Source: Candidatus Fraserbacteria bacterium
GTDB lineage: Bacteria; Bipolaricaulota; Bipolaricaulia; RBG-16-55-9; DRXL01
DNA: 37,821 nucleotides
Direction of reading: 5' to 3'
Assembly (NCBI GenBank): GCA_037441155.1
Contig: JBBISQ010000008.1
Location: 1-37,821, forward strand
Below the pieces are notes generated by a model that had not been told where the DNA came from, ran no database searches, and saw only the letters and a program-made list of their open reading frames with translations. The first letter of the stretch is position 1. Each line of letters starts with the position of its first letter. Both the position numbers and the translations under genes were made by a program. Below are positions 1-9,620 of the stretch, piece after piece.

Positions 1-180
1 ACCCCGCTGCTCCGCACGTTTGTACGCCTCTGTCAGACGCGTTGGACCCCGACACTGCGCATGATCGAGCTCGGACTCAAAGGGCTCGTCATGAGCTTGT
101 ACTACTCCAATAAGACCGCGCCACGCTACCCTGGGCGCAAGCCGTTCGACGTGATCGGCTTTGCCCTGCGGCGCTTGTAA
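1..180 (+). CDS. 3' end of a hypothetical protein (truncated by window edge)
   Basis: Frame 1 is open from base 1 (TPLLRTFVRLCQ...KGLVMSLYYSNK...FALRRL) to TAA at 178-180, co-oriented with the next gene. Confidence 0.5.
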   Translation, partial: TPLLRTFVRLCQTRWTPTLRMIELGLKGLVMSLYYSNKTAPRYPGRKPFDVIGFALRRL

Positions 181-218
181 AGTCTCCCCGTTTGTGCTAT
201 ACATGAGCCAAAGAGCTT

Positions 219-1766
219 ATGTTTGCCAAGGCTATCAGCGGGGCAGTCGTGGGCATTGACGCAGAATTGATCGAAGTCCAGTGCGATATTGCGCTGGGGT
301 TGCCAAGCTTTACTATCGTCGGGCTGCCCCAAAAAGAAGTCCAAGAGAGCCGTGAGCGCATCCGCAGCGCCCTGAAGAACGCGGGCTTCGACTTTCCCGC
401 AAAAAAAATCACAGTAAACTTAGCTCCCGCTGATCTCCCCAAAGAAGGCGTCGGTCTTGACTTGCCCTTGGCGCTGGCAATCTTAGTGGCGACGGGGCAG
501 ATTTCCGGCGAGCGTCTTTCGGAATTTTTAGCGCTCGGGGAGCTGTCGCTCGACGGGGAGGTCCGCCCGGTCAAGGGCGTCCTGCCCATCGCTCTGGCTG
601 CGAGAAGACACAATCTCAAGGGCGTCATCGTCCCCGCGGGCAACGCCAAGGAAGCTGCTATCGTCTCGTCTGTAGCAGTCTACGCCGTGGAGAATCTCCA
701 GCAAGCGATCGCCTTTCTCAACGGCGAGCTTGCGTTGCAGCCGACGACGGTCGAGCCCACTCTCCTATCCGGCGATGGCCCGCTCTACGATTGTGACTTG
801 AGCGAGATCAAGGGCCAAGAGCAAGCCAAGCGCGCTCTCGAAGTCGCGGCCGCTGGGGGACACAATATTCTCTTCATTGGGCCGCCAGGATCGGGCAAGA
901 GCATGCTGGCCAAGCGCTTGCCTACGATCTTGCCCCAACTCTCGTTTGAAGAGTCTTTAGAAGTGACAAAGATTTACAGTATTCTTGGGCTGTTGCCCGC
1001 AGATCGCCCGTTGGTGCTGGCGCGGCCTTTCCGCGCCCCGCATCATACGATCTCGTACGCAGGCATGGTCGGTGGAGGACACGGTCTGCCCCGCCCCGGC
1101 GAGATCTCTCTGGCCCATCATGGCGTCTTATTTCTAGACGAGCTGCCAGAATTTGATCGTGAGGTGCTGGAGACGCTACGCCAGCCCTTGGAAGAGCGCG
1201 CGATCACCCTGTCGCGCGCGGCAGCAGCCTTGACGTTTCCCGCAAATTTTATGCTCGTCGCGGCCATGAACCCCTGCCCGTGCGGCCATCGGGGAGATGC
1301 GAAAAAGCCCTGCCGATGCAGCCCTCTCGACGTGAAGCGCTACCGCAAGCGGATTTCCGGCCCGTTTCTTGATAGAATAGACATATTCGTGGAGGTACCG
1401 CGGTTGACCAAAGAGGAGCTGATGGGAAAGCCCACAGGAGAAAGCTCACAGAGCGTCCGGGCGCGCGTGGAGCGAGCTCGCCGGATCCAGCGGGAGCGCT
1501 TTGGCGGAAGGATCTTCGCCAACGCGCAGATGGGGCCTCGCGAGATGCAGACGTATGTCCAGGCTGCTCTCGAACCCACGGCGCGGGGTCTGCTCGAGCG
1601 GGCTATTGACCATTGGGGTCTGAGCGGGCGAGCCTATACCCGGGTGCTGAAGGTCGCCCGCACGATCGCGGACTTGGATCAATCGGAGATGATTCGGGCG
1701 GCGCATATCGCTGAAGCGATTCAGTATCGCAGTTCCGAAGAAAGCGTACTCGAAGGAGGTATGTAA
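219..1766 (+). CDS. comM: YifB/ComM family Mg-chelatase-like AAA+ ATPase
   Basis: N-terminal VGLP..ESRERIRSA..KITVNLAPAD, Walker A GPPGSGKS, RAPHH, GVLFLDELPEF, NPCPCG zinc motif, ARTIADL. Confidence 0.93.
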   Translation: MFAKAISGAVVGIDAELIEVQCDIALGLPSFTIVGLPQKEVQESRERIRSALKNAGFDFPAKKITVNLAPADLPKEGVGLDLPLALAILVATGQISGERLSEFLALGELSLDGEVRPVKGVLPIALAARRHNLKGVIVPAGNAKEAAIVSSVAVYAVENLQQAIAFLNGELALQPTTVEPTLLSGDGPLYDCDLSEIKGQEQAKRALEVAAAGGHNILFIGPPGSGKSMLAKRLPTILPQLSFEESLEVTKIYSILGLLPADRPLVLARPFRAPHHTISYAGMVGGGHGLPRPGEISLAHHGVLFLDELPEFDREVLETLRQPLEERAITLSRAAAALTFPANFMLVAAMNPCPCGHRGDAKKPCRCSPLDVKRYRKRISGPFLDRIDIFVEVPRLTKEELMGKPTGESSQSVRARVERARRIQRERFGGRIFANAQMGPREMQTYVQAALEPTARGLLERAIDHWGLSGRAYTRVLKVARTIADLDQSEMIRAAHIAEAIQYRSSEESVLEGGM

Positions 1767-4019
1767 GTGCTGCACAGAACAAAAACTGTCGTTGCCGTCT
1801 GGGTAGGGTTGGTGCTGGTGGGGGTTGTGGTGGGGCTGGCTCAGGAGAGAGCCTACACGGTGCGCGAGGTCGTGATCATGGGCAACAAAGCCCTGACCAA
1901 GCGCGAGATCTACGACGCGCTGCCGTTCAACCTCGGCTCGCGGATCACCCTGGAAGACATCGAGAAGGGGGCAGAGGCCCTGCGTGCCTTGGGCACCCTG
2001 GAAAAAGTCGAGGCCGATTACAGAATACTCCAAAACGGCATTCGCGTGATCTATCGCGTCGTGGAGAACCCGGTCGTCAAGAAGATCGAGTTCACCGGGA
2101 ACGAGAGCTATCAGTTCTATTTGATAGATATCTGGGGGATCAGGCTCTTCCCCTATAAGATGAAGCTGGCGCGCCGCGATGAGCTCATTGACGCGCTGCG
2201 CGAGGCCAAGGTCGAAGAGAATAAGCCCCTCAATATGAAATGGTTCGATGAGAAGATCATCGAGAACACGATCACGCAGTTCTATCTCAAGAAGGGCTAC
2301 ACGTTCATCGGGGTCGAGCCAGCCTTCAATAGAGAGAAGCAGACGCTCACGATCCAGATCGTCGAGGGCAAGCTCGACGCCGTGGAGATTCGCGGGCTCC
2401 AGGAGGTCCCGGAGTCCCAAGTGAAACACTTGCTGCAACTGCCCGTGGGCGAGCCGGTCAAGATCGCTCCCATCCAAGAAGCCGTGAAGGCCCTCAATCG
2501 CTCCGTCTACTTCTACCCCAGCGATGAACACACTATCGGCGTCGAGCAGGGGAGCAAGCCCAACTCCGTCAAGATCATTTGGAACCTCAAGGAGCGCCGT
2601 CTCATAGACGCCCCGACCGAGATCCGAGCGATCCGACTGACCGGGGCTACCGTCTACTCCCTAGACCGGCTGCAGAGGCTCATCGGCCCCCTTCCCCAAG
2701 GACTGATCAATAACTTTGCCATAATGAGCGCGTTGAAGCGCGTCTACGATCTCTATCGCATCGAAGGGTATATGCTCGTGAATTTTCTCACGGAGTCACT
2801 GGCCGATGGTGTGCTGACCGTCCGCATCACCGAAGGGAAGATCACCAAAGTCACGATCTCCAACTCGTGCAAGCCCGGCCTGAAGTCCGTGATCATCCCC
2901 AAGGTGATAGAGTTTCCCAGGCAATGCACCTCGGAGATGGTCATCCGCAAGGCGCTGCGCTTCAAGGAGGGAGACCTCACCAACGAGAACTCTCTGCGCG
3001 ATAGCTTCAGAAATCTCTTGCAGTTGGGATACTTCAAACAAGACGGGGTCAACATCCAACCCAAGATCGTGGACGAATCAACAGGAGCAGTCGAGATGGC
3101 GGTCAGCGTCGTCGAGGAGGATCAATTGGGCAACGTCAAGGGCGGGGTCAGCTTCAATCCCCAAGTCGGCCTGGTCGGCCAGCTCACCCTGGGCTGGAAG
3201 AATATCTTAGGGACGGCTCAAGATATCGATCTCTCGCTCGACCGCGGCCTGGTCGGCAAGGCAGTGCTCAATTATTCTTTTAACTACAAGACCACAGGGT
3301 ACTTCAAGGAGTACAACGCCGTTGAGGTCTCGCTCTTTGACAACACCCAGCAGCAGACCGATCCCCAACCCCACACCATGACCCAAGCCGGGGCGAAATT
3401 CTCCGTCAGTTATCCCGTGACGTCGGATCTGACGCTGACCCTGCGCCTGCGCTACGAGAACGTCTGGAAGGCCGAGCCCATAAACGAGAAGAGCTTCATC
3501 ATGTCGGTAGGCTTTGACATCATGCGGGATACGCGCAACAACCCGCTCTTCCCGACCTCAGGCGGCCAGCTCATCGCCACGCTTGAGCAAGCGGGCAAGT
3601 TCGCCCCTGGCACGGAGTTCACCAAGCTCCAAGGGATCTGGACCCACCATTGGATGACGCTCGAACGCCAGACGCTCTCGGTGCGGCTCTACGGAGCGTG
3701 GGGGGTGACGCTCCCCACGCAAGAGCGCTTTGGTTTTGGCGGCGTCACGACCGTGCGCGGCTGGGCTATGTCGTTCACCAACCAGTTTGGTCTGGCCAAT
3801 ATCGAATACCGTATGGAGCTTGCCGAGAACATTTGGGGGGCTTTCTATTATGACACCGGGTGGGCGGAGGGGGTGGGATGGCGCCAATCGGTGGGCTTCG
3901 AGATGCGTTTGACGACCCCGTTCGTCGGGGACGTGCGGTTCATCGTAGCCTGGCCATTTTCAGAGACGGGAATCCCCATCGTGCCGGTCTTTCAGTTCGG
4001 CTTCGGAACGCTGTTCTAG
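1767..4019 (+). CDS. bamA: BamA/Omp85 outer-membrane protein assembly factor
   Basis: GTG start after GGAGGT; signal peptide, POTRA repeats, barrel motifs WKNILGTAQ, DTRNNPLFPTSG, VRGW, C-terminal FQFGFGTLF; followed by skp and fabZ. Confidence 0.9.
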   Translation: MLHRTKTVVAVWVGLVLVGVVVGLAQERAYTVREVVIMGNKALTKREIYDALPFNLGSRITLEDIEKGAEALRALGTLEKVEADYRILQNGIRVIYRVVENPVVKKIEFTGNESYQFYLIDIWGIRLFPYKMKLARRDELIDALREAKVEENKPLNMKWFDEKIIENTITQFYLKKGYTFIGVEPAFNREKQTLTIQIVEGKLDAVEIRGLQEVPESQVKHLLQLPVGEPVKIAPIQEAVKALNRSVYFYPSDEHTIGVEQGSKPNSVKIIWNLKERRLIDAPTEIRAIRLTGATVYSLDRLQRLIGPLPQGLINNFAIMSALKRVYDLYRIEGYMLVNFLTESLADGVLTVRITEGKITKVTISNSCKPGLKSVIIPKVIEFPRQCTSEMVIRKALRFKEGDLTNENSLRDSFRNLLQLGYFKQDGVNIQPKIVDESTGAVEMAVSVVEEDQLGNVKGGVSFNPQVGLVGQLTLGWKNILGTAQDIDLSLDRGLVGKAVLNYSFNYKTTGYFKEYNAVEVSLFDNTQQQTDPQPHTMTQAGAKFSVSYPVTSDLTLTLRLRYENVWKAEPINEKSFIMSVGFDIMRDTRNNPLFPTSGGQLIATLEQAGKFAPGTEFTKLQGIWTHHWMTLERQTLSVRLYGAWGVTLPTQERFGFGGVTTVRGWAMSFTNQFGLANIEYRMELAENIWGAFYYDTGWAEGVGWRQSVGFEMRLTTPFVGDVRFIVAWPFSETGIPIVPVFQFGFGTLF

Positions 4020-4054
4020 CAAACAAATCTTTCATTCACTAAAGGAGGAAGGGT

Positions 4055-4600
4055 ATGCACAAAGTGTGGATCGGGATCGGGCTGCTGGCCGTGGCGCTTC
4101 TTGTGGGAGGCTGTCAATCCCAAGGGGGTGCGCAGAACCTGGACGATCTCAGGGCGAAAGTCGCCCAGTTGGAGCAGGAAGTGCAGGATCTCAAAGCTCA
4201 ATTGGCGAAGGGGGGCTCGGGCTTGCGCATCGCCTATATTAACGCCGAGAAGGTCTTCCAAGACTACAAGAAGACCGGGGAAGCTGTGCAGAGATTCAGG
4301 ACTGAGGCGGAGAAGAAGCAGAACGAGCTGAAAGCCCTCCAAGACAAGTTCAAGAAGGGGCTGATGAGCGAGGACGAGTTCCAGCGCGAAGCCGCGCGCT
4401 TGCAGCAGGAGCTGCAACAGCTCGATCTCCAGCTCACCGCGGAGATCCAGGGCGAGATGATCAAAGTGGTCGAGCAAATCGCCAAAGAGCGCGGGTATCA
4501 CTGGGTGACGCAGCGCAAGGACGTCGTGCTCTACGCCGACCCCAATGCGCTCGAAGATATCACGTATGACGTGCTGAAGATCCTCAATCAGGGACAATAA
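4055..4600 (+). CDS. skp: OmpH/Skp chaperone with lipoprotein-like signal
   Basis: RIAYINAEKVF, long coiled coil, IAKERGY..V..VLYA..DITYDVLKILN; LVGGC after hydrophobic leader; AGGAGG RBS. Confidence 0.88.
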   Translation: MHKVWIGIGLLAVALLVGGCQSQGGAQNLDDLRAKVAQLEQEVQDLKAQLAKGGSGLRIAYINAEKVFQDYKKTGEAVQRFRTEAEKKQNELKALQDKFKKGLMSEDEFQREAARLQQELQQLDLQLTAEIQGEMIKVVEQIAKERGYHWVTQRKDVVLYADPNALEDITYDVLKILNQGQ

Positions 4601-4606
4601 CGGGGC

Positions 4607-5026
4607 ATGGACGAGATCCAACGCATCTTGCCTCATCGCTACCCGTTCTTATTCGTAGATCGGGTGCTGGAATGGGGCGATGGGCGCGTGCGCGCGCTCA
4701 AGAACGTCACGCACAACGAGCCGTTCTTTGCGGGGCACTTCCCGGAGCGGCCTATCATGCCCGGCGTCTTAATTCTCGAGGGCATGGCCCAGACCGTCGG
4801 GCTGCTCATCAGCCAGGTTTCTCCGGGCCGAAGCGGCTACTTAGTCGGCGTGGATCGCGCGCGCTTTCGCCGCCCCGTCCAGCCCGGAGATCAGCTTATC
4901 TATGAAGCCCAGCTGGAGCGCGGGCGCGACGGGTTCTACCGCGCTCGCGTCTGGGCCACCGTCGAGGGAGCGCTCGTCGCGGAGGCGTCCCTGTCGGTTG
5001 CGGTCGAGAGCTTCACCCCGGAGTGA
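4607..5026 (+). CDS. fabZ: 3-hydroxyacyl-ACP dehydratase
   Basis: LPHRYPFLFVD, KNVTHNEPFFAGHFP..PIMPGVLILEGMAQ, RFRRPVQPGD. Confidence 0.95.
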   Translation: MDEIQRILPHRYPFLFVDRVLEWGDGRVRALKNVTHNEPFFAGHFPERPIMPGVLILEGMAQTVGLLISQVSPGRSGYLVGVDRARFRRPVQPGDQLIYEAQLERGRDGFYRARVWATVEGALVAEASLSVAVESFTPE

Positions 5027-5030
5027 GAAG

Positions 5031-5945
5031 ATGAAGCCGATGGTCGAATCCGTGCCGAACATTAGCGAGGGGCGGGATCACTCAAAGATTGACGCCATCG
5101 CTGCGGCAGTGCGAGCGACCCCTGGCGCGATCCTCCTCGATGTCGACCCCGATGCCGATCACAACCGCACGGTCATCACGATCGTGGGCGAGCCCGCCTC
5201 GGTGGAGGCTGCTGTTCTCAATCTCGTTGCTAAGGCCGTCGAGCTCATTGACCTGACAAAGCACAAGGGGGAGCACCCCCGCATGGGAGCGGTCGACGTC
5301 ATCCCGTTTGTGCCGCTGCGTGGGGTCACAAAAAAAGAGTGCATTGAGATCGCCCGACGGGTCGGCCAGGCGATCTGGGAGCGATATAAAGTCCCGGTCT
5401 ATCTCTATGAAGACGCAGCGACCCGGCCGGAGCGTCGCGATCTCGCGTACATTCGCAAGGGGGAGTTTGAGAACTTCTTCGCCAAGATCCAAGAGCCCGA
5501 CTGGGCCCCAGATTTCGGCGAACGGGTCGTTCATCCCACGGCGGGCGTCAGCGCCGTCGGAGTCCGCCCCCCGCTGATCGCTTTCAATGTCAACCTGGGC
5601 ACCAATAATCTGGAGATTGCCCAATCTATTGCCAAGGCCGTGCGCGGCTCCGATGGGGGGTTGCGCTACGTCAAAGCCCTGGGATTCGCCCTCAAGGAGC
5701 GCGGGATCGTCCAAGTCTCCATGAACCTGACAAACTTCGAGAAGACCCCGATCTATCAGGTCTTCGAGCTGATCCGGTGCGAGGCGCGGCGCTGGGGAGT
5801 CCCCATCGTGGGCAGCGAGATCGTCGGGCTTGTCCCCCAAGCCGCCTTGATACAGGTCGCCGAGTACTTCTTACAGTTGGAGCAGTTCCATCCCAGCCAA
5901 ATCTTAGAGAACCGCCTTGCGGAGTGCCTCGAGGAGAGCCGCTAG
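5031..5945 (+). CDS. ftcD: Glutamate formiminotransferase
   Basis: ESVPNISEGR, DADHNRTV, HKGEHPRMGAVDVIPFVP, IRKGEFE, VQVSMNL; start moved to ATG 5031. Confidence 0.92.
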   Translation: MKPMVESVPNISEGRDHSKIDAIAAAVRATPGAILLDVDPDADHNRTVITIVGEPASVEAAVLNLVAKAVELIDLTKHKGEHPRMGAVDVIPFVPLRGVTKKECIEIARRVGQAIWERYKVPVYLYEDAATRPERRDLAYIRKGEFENFFAKIQEPDWAPDFGERVVHPTAGVSAVGVRPPLIAFNVNLGTNNLEIAQSIAKAVRGSDGGLRYVKALGFALKERGIVQVSMNLTNFEKTPIYQVFELIRCEARRWGVPIVGSEIVGLVPQAALIQVAEYFLQLEQFHPSQILENRLAECLEESR

Positions 5946-6016
5946 AGCCAAACGTCCCCCCCGAGCGCTCCGCCCTTCCTTTACAGAGAGCTTGCTCCCC
6001 GTTTACGATAGCTCTC

Positions 6017-7297
6017 ATGAGCACCTGTGACTTTCGCGGGAAAAAGATCACTATACTCGGGGCCGGACGCAGCGGTCTGGCCGCAGCAGAAGCGCTGCAC
6101 GCACGCGGGGCACGAGTCTTCGTGAGCGATCACTCTTCTCTATCACTGCCCTTGCGCCAGGAGCTCGTCAGAAAGTCTCTCAGTTTTGAGGAGGGCGGGC
6201 ACACCGAGCGCGCTCTCGATGCCCAGCTCATCGTCCTCTCGCCGGGTGTCCCGATAAGCGCTCCCATCGTCCAGGAGGCCCGAGCCCGAGGGATCCCCCT
6301 GTGGGGCGAGCTGGAGCTGGCCTATCGGCTCTGCCCCAGCAGTTCTCTCATCGCTGTCACGGGCACCAATGGGAAGAGCACCACGGTCCATATCATCGCC
6401 GAGTTGCTCATGGGCAAGGGGCGCCCCGTCGTCCTCGCGGGCAACATCGGGACACCGCTCATCGCTCGACTGCACGAGATCACTCCTGAAACGATTGTCG
6501 TTCTCGAAGTCAGCAGCTTCCAGCTCGAATCTATAGAAAGATTCCGGCCTGCCGTCGCAGTGCTCTTAAATATCGCCCCGAACCATCTCGACCGCCATGG
6601 CACCGTCGAGAGCTATATCAGAGTCAAATATAGAATCTTTGAGAATCAGGGTGAGCGCGATGTGCTCGTGATGCCTCGGCATCTTAAGCTCCCCGCTCCT
6701 CCGCAATCGCGCGTGGTCTATTATGACGAGTTGCTATCAGAAGTGTCCCATCTCGCAGCTCCACGGCACCTCAAAGAAGACATAGCCGCGGCGTTGGCCG
6801 CGTGTCGGGTCTTCGAGCCGAATCTGCCCCCACCGGGTGATGAGGTCCTCCGGCGCGTGCAGTTGCCCCACCGCCAGGAGTTCATCGCCGAGGTCAACGG
6901 GGTGAAGTTCTATGACGACTCCAAGGCGACGACCCCCGCAGCGACGCTTGCGGCCGTGGAGGCGTTTTCGGGGCCATTGGTGCTCATTCTGGGAGGCCGC
7001 AACAAGAACTTAGATTTTGCCCCTCTGGTGCAAGAATTGCGCTCGAAGCCCATCTGTGAAATTCTGCTGATCGGGGAGGCAGCACCCCAGATCGCTAAAG
7101 AATTACAGAGGGCCCAGATCACGTACTTCTCGTTCGTCAGGGATTTTTCTGAAGCCGTTGAGCACGCGTTGCGCCATCCCGGCGCGACGTGTCTGCTCTC
7201 GCCGGCGTGCGCCAGCTTCGATCAATTTCAAAGCTATGAGGAGCGCGGCGAAGCCTTCCGGCAAGCCGTCTTGCGTGCGCAGCAGGCAGCCCGGTGA
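6017..7297 (+). CDS. murD: UDP-MurNAc-L-Ala--D-Glu ligase
   Basis: GAGRSG, VTGTNGKSTT, GNIG, LEVSSFQLE, HLDRH, DDSKATT, LLSPACASFDQF; start moved to ATG 6017. Confidence 0.94.
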   Translation: MSTCDFRGKKITILGAGRSGLAAAEALHARGARVFVSDHSSLSLPLRQELVRKSLSFEEGGHTERALDAQLIVLSPGVPISAPIVQEARARGIPLWGELELAYRLCPSSSLIAVTGTNGKSTTVHIIAELLMGKGRPVVLAGNIGTPLIARLHEITPETIVVLEVSSFQLESIERFRPAVAVLLNIAPNHLDRHGTVESYIRVKYRIFENQGERDVLVMPRHLKLPAPPQSRVVYYDELLSEVSHLAAPRHLKEDIAAALAACRVFEPNLPPPGDEVLRRVQLPHRQEFIAEVNGVKFYDDSKATTPAATLAAVEAFSGPLVLILGGRNKNLDFAPLVQELRSKPICEILLIGEAAPQIAKELQRAQITYFSFVRDFSEAVEHALRHPGATCLLSPACASFDQFQSYEERGEAFRQAVLRAQQAAR

Positions 7298-7360
7298 AAT
7301 CCAAGGACACCCGTCCCGTCCCATCAAGACAAACCCCCAGGAGGGCTTCGACAGGGGTCC

Positions 7361-7389
7361 TTCGAAAGCGCCTCTCTATCACGTATAAC
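7361..7389 (+). promoter_or_regulatory. Putative sigma70 promoter for ftsW-ftsZ
   Basis: TTCGAA-17-TATAAC upstream of the GGGAGG RBS of ftsW. Confidence 0.45.
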
Positions 7390-7417
7390 AGAGAACGCTC
7401 TATAGGGAGGTGCGCAG

Positions 7418-8572
7418 GTGGGCATGTCCAAGCTCGTCGTTATAGTCGCGGCGCTCTCTCTCCTGGGCGTGGTCATGGTCGCCAGCGCCAGCTTCCCCCT
7501 CGCCGCTGTCCGCTATGATTCTCCCACCTATCTGCTCATCAAACAGCTCATCGCGCTCTTCTTCGGAGTCGCTCTCTTCTGGCTAGGGGCCCGATTCGAC
7601 TATCGCGCTCTGCTCAACAAAGATCACACACTCTTGCTAGTCACTCTAGGAATGACCGCCCTGACGCTCATCCCCGGCTTTTCGATCCGCGGCAGTTGGC
7701 TGCGGCTACCTGGACCCTTCCAGCCCCAACCGACGGAATTCTTAAAAGTGGCCCTCATCATCTCGTTCGCCGCGTTCTGCACGCGCAAAAGCCAACAGAT
7801 CACAAAGTTCTCTGAAGGGGTCTTGCCACCCCTCCTCATCACATCTGGAGCAGCTCTGATGGCGCTCAAGCAATCCGACTTCGCCATGGCCCTCATCTTC
7901 TTTCTTATCGCCCTTTATATGCTCTTCATAGGGGGGGCACGAGTGAGCCATCTCCTCGGAGTAGTACTCATGGCCGTGCCCGCCCTCACCCTGGTGCTCA
8001 TCGCTGCCCCGTATCGCCTCAGTCGGCTGCTAGCCTTCGTAGATCCGTTCAAATACAGCACGGCTGAGGGCTATCAGCTCGTCCAATCGCTGACGGCTAT
8101 CGGCTCCGGGGGAATCGTGGGGCGAGGTCTGGGCGAGAGCCGCGAGAAGCTGCTCTTCCTCCCAGAGCCGTATAACGATTTCATCTTTGCCATCATTGGG
8201 GAGGAGCTGGGATTGCTCGGCGGACTGCTCATCATAGGGTTGTTCGCCTCTCTCACATGGGTGGGGTACTCGATCGCGCGCCGTGCGCCGGATCGCTTCG
8301 GAATGCTCTTGGCTTCGGGAATAACATTTACCATCGCCTCTCAAGCGGCGATCAACCTCGGCGTGGCCACGGGCATCCTCCCCGTCACCGGCTTGACACT
8401 GCCGTTCATCAGCTATGGCGGGTCATCGCTGATCGTCTCATTCGCTATGACCGGGATTCTGCTCAACATCTCGCGAAAGGGATCACATGAAGACGTTTCT
8501 CATCTGCGGGGGCGGGACGGGAGGCCATCTCTATCCCGCCCTCGCCCTCTTACAGGGGCTTTCTCGCGCTGA
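7418..8572 (+). CDS. ftsW: SEDS peptidoglycan polymerase FtsW
   Basis: FQPQPTEFLK, GYQLVQSLTAIGSGG..GRGLG, LPEPYNDFIFAIIGEELG, PVTGLTLPFISYGGSS. Start is GTG 7418 or ATG 7424. Confidence 0.93.
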   Translation: MGMSKLVVIVAALSLLGVVMVASASFPLAAVRYDSPTYLLIKQLIALFFGVALFWLGARFDYRALLNKDHTLLLVTLGMTALTLIPGFSIRGSWLRLPGPFQPQPTEFLKVALIISFAAFCTRKSQQITKFSEGVLPPLLITSGAALMALKQSDFAMALIFFLIALYMLFIGGARVSHLLGVVLMAVPALTLVLIAAPYRLSRLLAFVDPFKYSTAEGYQLVQSLTAIGSGGIVGRGLGESREKLLFLPEPYNDFIFAIIGEELGLLGGLLIIGLFASLTWVGYSIARRAPDRFGMLLASGITFTIASQAAINLGVATGILPVTGLTLPFISYGGSSLIVSFAMTGILLNISRKGSHEDVSHLRGRDGRPSLSRPRPLTGAFSR

Positions 8573-9620
8573 ACCCGATGCTCGGCTTGTCTACGTAGGC
8601 AGCCGCTATGGACTTGAAGCGCGCGTGCTGCCGCGGTACCCCTGGGTTGAGTTCTATCAGCTCTCTATTCGTGGGATCGCGCGTCCTGGCCAGCGCCCTT
8701 GGTGGGCGTTCTGGGCGCTGGTTGCTATAGCCCAGATCCCCGTCGCGCTCGCCCAAGCGCTCCGGATCATCTTGAAGGTGCGCCCGGCAGCGATCATCGG
8801 CTTTGGAGGCTACGGGGCGTTTGCCCCCTTGTTTTGGGGAGCTCTTCTTGGAATTCCCCTCTATATACACGAGCAGAATCTCTTCCCCGGGCTGGTGACC
8901 CGGCTCTTTGCCCCACGGGCCAGAAGGGTCTTTCTCACGTACGCGAGCACAGCACGGTGGCTCCGGTCTCGACATAGCACTGTCACGGGGCTGCCCGTCC
9001 GCCCAGAGATTCTCTCCGCTCGGCCCGATCCGGAGCGCTTTGGTTTGCGCACAGATAAAAAGACGGTCTTGGTCTTTGGCGGCAGCCGCGGATCGAAAGC
9101 CCTGACAGAAGCTGCAATAGCCGCGCACGACGAGTGCCCAGATCTCCAATTTTTGATCGTTACCGGACCTAACCCCCTGACCCCCTCCCCTCAAGGGAAG
9201 GGAGGGGTCGGGATTAGGTGCATCCCCTATATTCACGAGATGGGTACAGCCCTGGCGACAGCTGATGTAGTAGTCTGTCGTGCTGGCGCGGCGACGCTGG
9301 CAGAGCTCTCTGTTCTGAACAAGCCCGCGATTGTCATCCCGTGGCGAGGGGCCGCGGGCGATCACCAGACAGCAAACGCCAAACAGCTCGCCAAGCATTT
9401 CATTCTCTTACCAGAATCCGAACTCACCCCTGGACGACTCGTCCAGGAGATCAAAGCCGCTCTGCACCTGAAGAGGGAAGCTTTCATCTCTCAGCGTGCA
9501 GATGCGCTCAATCACATTCTGCGCGAGGTGCTTCTCGATGTCACGAGCTCACAGAACACATCTGCACTTTATCGGGATCGGCGGCGACGGCATGAGTGGG
9601 CTGGCCAAAGTCTACTCTGA
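8487..9620 (+). CDS. murG: Lipid II GlcNAc transferase
   Basis: GGGTGGHLYPA, GFGGY, HEQN, GGSRGS, CRAGAATLAE, HQTANA. Confidence 0.94.
   Translation: MKTFLICGGGTGGHLYPALALLQGLSRAEPDARLVYVGSRYGLEARVLPRYPWVEFYQLSIRGIARPGQRPWWAFWALVAIAQIPVALAQALRIILKVRPAAIIGFGGYGAFAPLFWGALLGIPLYIHEQNLFPGLVTRLFAPRARRVFLTYASTARWLRSRHSTVTGLPVRPEILSARPDPERFGLRTDKKTVLVFGGSRGSKALTEAAIAAHDECPDLQFLIVTGPNPLTPSPQGKGGVGIRCIPYIHEMGTALATADVVVCRAGAATLAELSVLNKPAIVIPWRGAAGDHQTANAKQLAKHFILLPESELTPGRLVQEIKAALHLKREAFISQRADALNHILREVLLDVTSSQNTSALYRDRRRRHEWAGQSLL
9167..9219. repeat. REP-like imperfect palindrome inside the murG reading frame
   Basis: acctaaccccctgaccccctcccctcaagggaagggaggggtcgggattaggt, self-complementary arms, encodes PNPLTPSPQGKGGVGIR; resembles the element at 27457-27505. 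Confidence 0.7.
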
